Of a DNA stretch of 22,929 nt, positions 16,487 through 22,929 are shown in pieces; the stretch's first letter is position 1; each line of letters starts with the position of its first letter. Both the position numbers and the translations under genes were made by a program. The DNA is from Candidatus Micrarchaeota archaeon (GTDB taxonomy: Archaea; Micrarchaeota; Micrarchaeia; Norongarragalinales; SBBD01). The notes beneath the pieces are model-generated. The model had not been told where the DNA came from. It ran no database searches and worked only from the letters and a program-made list of their open reading frames with translations. The stretch is taken from the NCBI GenBank assembly GCA_043813365.1, contig JBDRLB010000075.1, forward strand, positions 1-22,929, written 5' to 3'.

Positions 16487-17943
16487 CAGTACTGCCTCCC
16501 GAAATATGCGCGGATCCCGGGCCTTCCGCATGCAATGCAGTTGCCTTTTTCGGGCTTTTCGCCTAGCAGCGTTCCCCTCACTTTGCCTCCTTTTGTTGCT
16601 TCCTTGAGCGCATCCCCGCATTTTTTCCCTTCCATACCGATACTGCAGATGAAGATTTTTGCAATGCCCTTGGAGTCAAGGATGGCGAGGGCGTCTTCTT
16701 TCGTATCCGCGATTTTTATGGCAGCAAATAATTCAGTTTTCGATTTTTCCCTAAGCGAGGAGAGCATAATTGCCTCATTTTTCCTTACCCCTTCAATTAG
16801 TTCCGCTTCGGAAATTTTCATCTTTTCCTTGTTGTCCCTCCGGGCAAGCGTAACGTTTCCCTCGTTGACCTCCCTTTCCCCCAATTCAATGCGGAAGGGA
16901 ACGCCCCTCATTTCCCACCAGTTGAACTTGAAGCCGGGGGTTTTGTCAGAGAAATCGATCTCTGAACGGATGCCTGAAGAAATGAGCTTCCCCTTCAATT
17001 CTATCGCTTTCTGCCTCACTTTTTCCGCACCTTCCCCTTTCAGGATGGGGACGATGATTACCTGGATGGGAGCGATTGCAAAAGGCATTACGAGCCCTTT
17101 CTGGTCGCCATGCACGGAAACAACAGCACCCATCATCCTCCAGATGCCGGGCCCGAAACAGGTCGAGAAGGGATATTTCTTGTTCCCTCCCTGGTCGGTA
17201 TATTGCACTTCAAATGCTTTGGTAAAATGCTGCCCCAAAAGGTGCGTCGACCCGAATTGGAAGAGTTTCCCATCCGGCATCAGGCAGTCGTAAGCAAATG
17301 TTTTCTCAGCACCGGCGAACTTGTCCCATTGCGGCCTCTCGAAAGCTAGGAACTCTATTCCCAGATTTTCTGAAGCGATCTTTTTCATCGTTTCATAATC
17401 CATGCTCGTCTGTGCTTCCGCCTCCGCACTGGTCGCAAATAAATCATGGGTCTCGATCCAGAGGAACTCCGATCCCCTCAGGAAGGGATTCGTTTCCTTC
17501 TCTGCCCGGAAAACAGAGCAGCTTTGGTAGAGCTTCAACGGCAAGTCGTTCTGGGAGGATACCCAAAGTGAGTACATCTGGTAGAATGCGGTTTCGCTTG
17601 TGGGCCGGAGGGCGAGCTTGCGTTCAAGTTTTTCAGTTCCTTTCTCGGTGACCCAGAAAACCTCCGGCGCAAACCCCTCAACATGCTCCTTTTCCTTATG
17701 GAAATTGTCCTCGGGAATGAGCGTCGGGAATATTACAGGCTGGTGGCCGTCTTCCTCAAGCAGGCCTTCGAAAATCCGGTAAATTTGGCGGAATGCGATG
17801 GTGCTCCATGGCCTGTGCACCAGGAAGCCCTTGATGTTGTACCGGATGTCTGCTAGTTCGGACGCATATATGATGGTGTTGTACCATTCCGAAAAGTTGC
17901 GCTGCTTGTCAATATTGAATTCCCGCTGTTTCATCTCCACCAT
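16486..17943 (-). CDS. proS: Proline--tRNA ligase (archaeal/eukaryal type)
   Basis: NFSEWY, LRPTSET, FLRGSEFLWIETH, KFAGA, H.LGQHF, HGDQKGL, anticodon-binding domain and C-terminal GRQY. Confidence 0.97.
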   Translation of the reverse strand: MVEMKQREFNIDKQRNFSEWYNTIIYASELADIRYNIKGFLVHRPWSTIAFRQIYRIFEGLLEEDGHQPVIFPTLIPEDNFHKEKEHVEGFAPEVFWVTEKGTEKLERKLALRPTSETAFYQMYSLWVSSQNDLPLKLYQSCSVFRAEKETNPFLRGSEFLWIETHDLFATSAEAEAQTSMDYETMKKIASENLGIEFLAFERPQWDKFAGAEKTFAYDCLMPDGKLFQFGSTHLLGQHFTKAFEVQYTDQGGNKKYPFSTCFGPGIWRMMGAVVSVHGDQKGLVMPFAIAPIQVIIVPILKGEGAEKVRQKAIELKGKLISSGIRSEIDFSDKTPGFKFNWWEMRGVPFRIELGEREVNEGNVTLARRDNKEKMKISEAELIEGVRKNEAIMLSSLREKSKTELFAAIKIADTKEDALAILDSKGIAKIFICSIGMEGKKCGDALKEATKGGKVRGTLLGEKPEKGNCIACGRPGIRAYFGRQY

Positions 17944-17949
17944 AAATTG

Positions 17950-18075
17950 TCACTCCTTCTTTGGCGCGGAGCCATCGCACCTCCCAGAAGAGCCAAGACT
18001 CTTCGGGGCCGCAAAGAGCAAAGCTCTTTTCGGTTCTTGGAAGAAAGGGGCAAGGCGTTGCTTCATTTCAACCAT
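17950..18075 (-). promoter_or_regulatory. proS leader: in-frame 41-codon uORF (MVEMKQRLAPFFQEPKRALLFAAPKSLGSSGRCDGSAPKKE*) over a four-way-junction RNA
   Basis: Same first 7 aa as ProRS, with synonymous differences; three adjacent hairpins plus a closing stem overlapping the proS RBS. Confidence 0.6.
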
Positions 18076-18202
18076 AATGCCCACGCTCCCTTTTCACATC
18101 CACAAATTTATTGCTGGATGATTTAAATATGCCTATGGAATGGCGGCGGAAATGGGGGGGGGTCGTTTTAAAAGGTTCAATGACAAAATGATTCCGGTTC
18201 GG

Positions 18203-19147
18203 ATGGCCAGCGTTACAATCGGGGTTTTTGGGGATAATGCGGAGGCAAGGCAGCATATCGCGTCCCAGCTTGCGAAAAAAAGCACGCCGGAAGACATTAC
18301 CGTGTACCAGACCGTATATTCCGGGAAAATAATTTCCATCATTGAGCCAACGAAATATCCTGAAAAAGTCGCAAGCATGGCGTATGCCGCATACCTGAGC
18401 GATTATTGCATAATTTCCGGGGAGGCGCTGACCCCTTTTTTGGGCGAAACCATAATAGCTCTCGACCTTTTGGGAAAAAAGAATGGCTGCTTCATCACGA
18501 GCCTTGATCTGAAACCCATGATCAAGGGGACGTCGCTGGAAAATTACCCGATTTTTGCAACCTTCGAGGAAGCGAAGCAGGAAATCCTGGCATTTTCACC
18601 GGAAAAAGGCGTATTCCGGGATACGTTCGGTTCGATTGACCATTCGTTCGAGGTGAAGGGCATCGGTTCCATCCTGCTGGGGTTCCTCCATACCGGAAAG
18701 ATAAGCGTCCATGACAGGCTGACGGTCCATCCCTCGGGGAAGGAGCTCGAGGTGAGGAGCATACAGATGCATGATGAGGACGTCAAGGAAACAAATGAGG
18801 GGGACCGGTTCGGGCTTGCAATTAAGCTGCTTGCAAGCAAGGATGTTGGAAGGGGGGATTTTGTCTGCGGCCAGAATACAAAAATACTTGCATCGAAAAA
18901 CCAGGGGATGAAAATTGAGGCTGCAAAGTTCCTGAAGGAACCGCTCAAGCCGCTGGAACAGATCCATGCATTCCAGTTCCTTGAGGACATGCCGTGCAAA
19001 TGGGATGGCCCCGAATTGCAGGCGGGGAAAAATGCAGCAGGCATGCTAGTGTTTGAAAAGGAATTCGCCCTTAACCCCAACTATCCCGTTTTGCTTGCAC
19101 GCCTGGATGGGAAGGGGTTGAGGATCATTGCAAAAGCGGTTCCGTGA
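18203..19147 (+). CDS. Archaeal SelB-like / EF-Tu domain 2-containing protein with a degenerate G domain
   Basis: IDHSFEVKGIGSILLG, EVRSIQMHD..V, GDRFGLAIK and VGRG; no intact P-loop or NKxD. Start may be 18188 or 18140. Confidence 0.85.
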   Translation: MASVTIGVFGDNAEARQHIASQLAKKSTPEDITVYQTVYSGKIISIIEPTKYPEKVASMAYAAYLSDYCIISGEALTPFLGETIIALDLLGKKNGCFITSLDLKPMIKGTSLENYPIFATFEEAKQEILAFSPEKGVFRDTFGSIDHSFEVKGIGSILLGFLHTGKISVHDRLTVHPSGKELEVRSIQMHDEDVKETNEGDRFGLAIKLLASKDVGRGDFVCGQNTKILASKNQGMKIEAAKFLKEPLKPLEQIHAFQFLEDMPCKWDGPELQAGKNAAGMLVFEKEFALNPNYPVLLARLDGKGLRIIAKAVP

Positions 19148-19245
19148 TTCAATTGGATGCCAATGCCTGAATTGGGGGTAACTGTTCCGCCTTATAAATA
19201 CGCAAAATATATATTCCCGAATTAGGGGAATTTAGCCGTGATCGC

Positions 19246-20034
19246 ATGGGAAGGTACCCCGACTTCTTCTTATTGGCAGGAATTCTCGCATTGGGCATAC
19301 TCATAGGGATACTTTCCTACCAGTCCCTGTTCCAGCCGAAGATCATCGAAAGGGCGTACTTCGAGGAAGCCAATGGAACCGTCACCGTAACAACCAGGCC
19401 TCTTTCTTTCACTGACATTTACAATTCAAAAATCCCCGTGCTGGCAGTCAGAAGCGATGACAATGCAGGGATCCTGAGCTTTGCCAATATTGAAATCCGT
19501 TCCGGGAAGGGAAGGGTGCTGATCAACACGAACCCGTTTGTGGAGCCGGATACGCAGTATTCGGCGGAAACGGCAGTCACCATCGCGGAAAAAATTACGG
19601 GGGCGGACATGCGGGAAAGGGATGTGATCCTGACATTCGAGGCAAATACCTCCCTTGTGGGAGGGCCTTCGGCGGGAGCGGCAATTACAATTGCGGCAAT
19701 TGCCGCGATTGAAAAGGAAAAATTGCCCGGAAATATCGCGATAACCGGCACAATAGAGGAAGACGGAAGCATAGGTCAGGTGGGAGGGGTCCTTGAGAAA
19801 GCGCAGGCAGCTTCGCAGAGCGGGATAACGCTTTTCCTGGTGCCGGAAGGCTCGCTTAATCTGGTTTATTACGAAAAACAGGTGAATGAGAGGCGGATTG
19901 GGCCGTTCGTGGTACAGGAGGTCAATTACGTCCCGAAAAAGCTGGACCTTGCGGAGTATGCGATGGACAAATGGAAGCTTGAAGTAAAGGAAGTGCGGAA
20001 TATTTCGGAAGCAAGGGCGTATTTCGGCGTTTGA
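19246..20034 (+). CDS. Membrane-anchored Lon-like (S16) serine protease domain without an ATPase module
   Basis: N-terminal TM, GGPSAG (Ser) and ITGTI..DG.IG.VGGVLEKA (Lys) dyad. Confidence 0.92.
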   Translation: MGRYPDFFLLAGILALGILIGILSYQSLFQPKIIERAYFEEANGTVTVTTRPLSFTDIYNSKIPVLAVRSDDNAGILSFANIEIRSGKGRVLINTNPFVEPDTQYSAETAVTIAEKITGADMRERDVILTFEANTSLVGGPSAGAAITIAAIAAIEKEKLPGNIAITGTIEEDGSIGQVGGVLEKAQAASQSGITLFLVPEGSLNLVYYEKQVNERRIGPFVVQEVNYVPKKLDLAEYAMDKWKLEVKEVRNISEARAYFGV

Positions 20035-20041
20035 ATTTTTT

Positions 20042-20299
20042 TCAGATAATCCTTTCCCCCGTATCCTTGTTCTGGATGTGGATGACCTTCACGGGGCAGC
20101 CGTCGGCCGCAAGCTTCATGCTCTCATAGTCCTCCTGCCCTATTTCCTTCTCGTAAACCTCGCCTTCGGGATGCTTCAAGGACCCCGGCATGTCGACTTT
20201 CCCATCATCCGCCATCTTGAAGTGCTTCGGGCAGACCGCCTCGCATACCGCAGCACCGATGCACCCGTCCCTATCCAGCTCTACTTTGAATTTTGCCAT
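20042..20299 (-). CDS. Single-cluster ferredoxin, probably [3Fe-4S]
   Basis: CIGAAVCEAVCP...GCP; ATG 20299 after GATGGTGG. Confidence 0.92.
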   Translation of the reverse strand: MAKFKVELDRDGCIGAAVCEAVCPKHFKMADDGKVDMPGSLKHPEGEVYEKEIGQEDYESMKLAADGCPVKVIHIQNKDTGERII

Positions 20300-20414
20300 T
20301 TTTACCACCATCAATTTTGGTGAATAACTACGGCAGATTTTTTTAAGCTTCCGTTTTATCAGGGCAGGCGTTTAACCAACTTTTTTAAATCCGGCGAACG
20401 TATAGTAAAGTGCG

Positions 20415-21650
20415 GTGATGGCAATGAAATTCCTATTGATGCTTGTGTTTTCTGCGGCCTTGATTTTCGGATGCCTCCAGATAGATTCAAAGAAGTCCAC
20501 CCCGACGCCGGAAATAATCTACGTCAATGTTTCGCCGCAAATTATCGTCACCGTGCAGCCTACTGTGGTGCCGACAGTCACCGAAAGGGTCGTTTACGCT
20601 TCACCGAGCTTTGCGCCTCCTATAAGAGGAGGGGTGGAGGATTTCGGCGAGAGGGTGGAATACCTGAATTACGACATTTCAAAGGTGGCGAATGCGGACT
20701 ATCACCACAATCCGTTCCTCATGCTAAATGCAATAGGGCAGAATTTCTACCCCGAACTAAAGGAGGGCACCATCCGCTGGAAAAGCGTTCCTTTTACCAT
20801 ATTGCCCGACTACCTTTCATCGAGGAAATGGAGCGTCATAACCACGGCAAGCGAGGATTTCTACTCCGCATCTTTCCTTACGGGAAGGGAGAGGATCAGC
20901 ATCCTTGACCTTCTTGTCGCAGGCAATTTCCGCAAGGGCGACAGGCGTTTGCTGGCAACGGTGAAGGTGAATTATGAGGACGGCGACATCCAGGAAGTGA
21001 AAATCATGTCCAATGAAAACGTCTGGAATTATGAGCCAGATGAAGCGTATCAAATTCCGAATGAACTCATTGCATGGCAGGCCGCCAGCGATACCAAGCA
21101 GACGCTGACAGTCATAGAAGTGCCCATCGCCCGGCCCTTGACGCCAGTCGGGGGTATTACCATCAAGAAGGAGGCCACGGGCGAGAACGGGTTCGCCCTC
21201 TTCGCAGCAACCGGCGTGAAGAAATTCAGGACGAAAAAAATCACGCACACGCAATACGAATTCCAGAACCTCGATTACAACCGGATATACTCTACAACTC
21301 TGAGTGCGGGGGCGACGATCAATTACGACGATTCCTCCGGCAGCCGGGTTTACCGCCCGGAAGGCATTTTCGAATCGCCGATCATTGACGGCGAAACGGA
21401 TCTCGTCTTATGGAAAAGCATCGCATGGGAATCCGAGGTAACTCCAGGGACCGCCATTAAGGTGCAGTACCGCACCGGCTCAAACCCGGTGATCGACACC
21501 ACTTGGAACGAATGGTCGGATATCCAGAACAACCAGCCCATAAGCAGGAACGCAAGATTGCTTCAATGGCGCGCTGTGATGACGACATTTGACTCCACCA
21601 GGTCACCCCTACTGACGGAAATGAGACTTACGTACGAGAATCCGGCCTGA
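20415..21650 (+). CDS. Surface lipoprotein with a Pro/Thr-rich linker and beta-rich domains
   Basis: MK-hydrophobic-LIFGC lipobox, STPTP...PTVVPT linker and Trp-rich C-terminal domain (GIFESPIID...WNEWS...QWRA...SPLL). Start may be ATG 20418 or 20424. Confidence 0.8.
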   Translation: MMAMKFLLMLVFSAALIFGCLQIDSKKSTPTPEIIYVNVSPQIIVTVQPTVVPTVTERVVYASPSFAPPIRGGVEDFGERVEYLNYDISKVANADYHHNPFLMLNAIGQNFYPELKEGTIRWKSVPFTILPDYLSSRKWSVITTASEDFYSASFLTGRERISILDLLVAGNFRKGDRRLLATVKVNYEDGDIQEVKIMSNENVWNYEPDEAYQIPNELIAWQAASDTKQTLTVIEVPIARPLTPVGGITIKKEATGENGFALFAATGVKKFRTKKITHTQYEFQNLDYNRIYSTTLSAGATINYDDSSGSRVYRPEGIFESPIIDGETDLVLWKSIAWESEVTPGTAIKVQYRTGSNPVIDTTWNEWSDIQNNQPISRNARLLQWRAVMTTFDSTRSPLLTEMRLTYENPA

Positions 21651-21686
21651 AAGGCATCTTCAAGCAGGTGGATTGCAGATGGGGAT

Positions 21687-21715
21687 AATGTTTAGGTAAA
21701 CCTAACATTTATATA
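21687..21715 (+). promoter_or_regulatory. Palindromic operator abutting a TATA box
   Basis: AATGT(T)TAGGT-AA-ACCTAACATT with perfect core TTAGGT-AA-ACCTAA at 21692-21705, followed by TTTATATA at 21708-21715. Confidence 0.65.
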
Positions 21716-21761
21716 CTAGTTGTCCTTTTATTGTTAAAGATAAACTTGAAAGGGGGTCTAT

Positions 21762-22436
21762 ATGAAATCAACCATGGTAGCGATTATTGGGCCGGATGCA
21801 GATTCGGATGATGTTCTTTATAGGGGCATTAGGGAGTTTTCGCCGGAAAAGGTGGTTCTGCTTTCCGAAGCTGCGCACACTCAGCGCACGGAAAAGATCC
21901 GCAAGGACCTGGAGAAGCTCAAAATTCCGGTCATTTCCGAGCAGCTGGAGAAGCGCACCTCGATGGAGGAAGTATTCGGCAGGCTTGCAAGGATTCGGGA
22001 TCGGGAAAGGGAAAACAAAATTCTGGTGAATGTGGACACGGATTACATGTCGAGCTGCATCGCGCTTTCAGCCTCGTTCGTAAATGGGGTGCAGGCAATA
22101 GGCGTGCTGAACGACGAAGTAATAGCTTACCCCATAATGAAGTTCTCATACTACAATGCATTGTCCGACAAGAAGATGATGCTTTTGCAGACAATATCCA
22201 AGAAAGGGCAGTTCGATTCGCTGGAGTCATTGAGCAACCAGGTGAAGATGTCCCTTCCTTTGGTAACCTATCATGTCCGGGGAGTAAGAGACAAGCCCGG
22301 CTTGGAGGAGCTGGGGCTTGTGGAAACAAGGCGCAATCGCGGGAAGGTGATAACTACGCTTTCCCCTTTGGGGCGCCTGATCGTGAACGGGATGGTTGAC
22401 CTGAAGCCGGACGAAAAACGGAAGAAACAAGCCTGA
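21762..22436 (+). CDS. Rossmann/CARF-like (DUF6293/Csa3-like) plus winged-helix transcriptional regulator
   Basis: VAIIG...IREFSPEKVVLL...ILVNV N-domain; SLESLSNQVKMSLPLVTYHVRG...GLEELGLVE...LSPLG wHTH; RBS GGGGG. Confidence 0.8.
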   Translation: MKSTMVAIIGPDADSDDVLYRGIREFSPEKVVLLSEAAHTQRTEKIRKDLEKLKIPVISEQLEKRTSMEEVFGRLARIRDRERENKILVNVDTDYMSSCIALSASFVNGVQAIGVLNDEVIAYPIMKFSYYNALSDKKMMLLQTISKKGQFDSLESLSNQVKMSLPLVTYHVRGVRDKPGLEELGLVETRRNRGKVITTLSPLGRLIVNGMVDLKPDEKRKKQA

Positions 22437-22926
22437 GAAACCTCGAACCCTCAAATTTTTGGCCCCTGAGGGCTCTATGCACATTCCCCCTAATTTCCTG
22501 GATAGCTTTAAGAGATCTTTCAAGGGATTCTGGGCTCTCACCGAACTTTTTTGGCATGCTTTGCATTTTTTTCAACGCTTCTTCAAATTTATCCAGCCTT
22601 GATCGATAGGTAGTCAGGAGGCGCAAGCGTTTTTTTTCAGAATGGTGCTCGATTTTATCGCGGTTGTCCTCAATGTCCGCTGCTTTAGCAACCATTACGG
22701 ATGCCCCCCCATCTATGAGGCGGGCAACATAATCGGCTTCCTTTTTCTCCACCAATTCCGGGGTCTTTTCGGGCTCCAATATCTCATGGTAGTCAGTGTG
22801 CTCCGGACGGATCAGCCGCTTGCCGTCATGCTTTGATTCAGAAAGTGCGGCAACCTGCTGGGCAATTTCCTCTCCGAATTTCACACCGACCATATGGTAA
22901 GTAACAGGGAATTCCTTGCCGTACAT
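22354..22926 (-). CDS. Hypothetical helical protein, possibly 5'-truncated by the window edge
   Basis: 190-aa ORF whose frame is open to the edge; its 3' end overlaps the convergent regulator by 83 nt. Confidence 0.6.
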   Translation of the reverse strand: MYGKEFPVTYHMVGVKFGEEIAQQVAALSESKHDGKRLIRPEHTDYHEILEPEKTPELVEKKEADYVARLIDGGASVMVAKAADIEDNRDKIEHHSEKKRLRLLTTYRSRLDKFEEALKKMQSMPKKFGESPESLERSLKAIQEIRGNVHRALRGQKFEGSRFLRLVSSVFRPASGQPSRSRSGAPKGKA

Positions 22927-22929
22927 CCG

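Noticed and set aside
17950..17952. Selenocysteine decoding of the in-frame UGA before proS
   Set aside because: No redox motif context, no recognisable SECIS, and the neighbouring SelB-like protein lacks GTPase motifs. The UGA is also explained as part of the GGAGTGA RBS.
17955..18047. A real tRNA gene in the cloverleaf-like leader
   Set aside because: No GTTCRA T-loop, and arm lengths do not fit a tRNA.

Overview
Archaeal chromosomal segment, probably from a small-genome DPANN-type lineage such as Micrarchaeota. This is inferred from the archaeal-type MAT, IleRS and ProRS, the GGTG(G/A)/GGGGG ribosome-binding motifs, TATA boxes and the many basic orphan ORFs. From left to right it holds: a run of minus-strand orphan genes; a YqaA/VTT membrane protein; a compact methyl-cycle operon (archaeal SAM synthetase, split two-subunit cobalamin-independent methionine synthase, and an MTHFR resembling the flavin-independent mycobacterial type) facing an HTH-CBS regulator across paired TATTC-N6-GAATA sites; a winged-helix regulator with three operator-like repeats and a candidate sRNA hairpin; ileS, an M50 protease, a bacterial-looking serS, Lrp, a homopolymer-frameshifted gene and proS; a SelB-like protein, a Lon-domain protease, a ferredoxin, a surface lipoprotein and a CARF-like/wHTH regulator. 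The most striking unexplained feature is the proS leader. It is an in-frame 41-codon uORF starting with the same heptapeptide as ProRS (MVEMKQR) but differing at all five degenerate third positions. Its RNA can fold into a four-way junction that partly sequesters the proS RBS, shows UGG in two loops and can form a 6-bp pseudoknot. No tRNA, rRNA, CRISPR array or transposase was seen. All family calls and RNA folds were made by eye.
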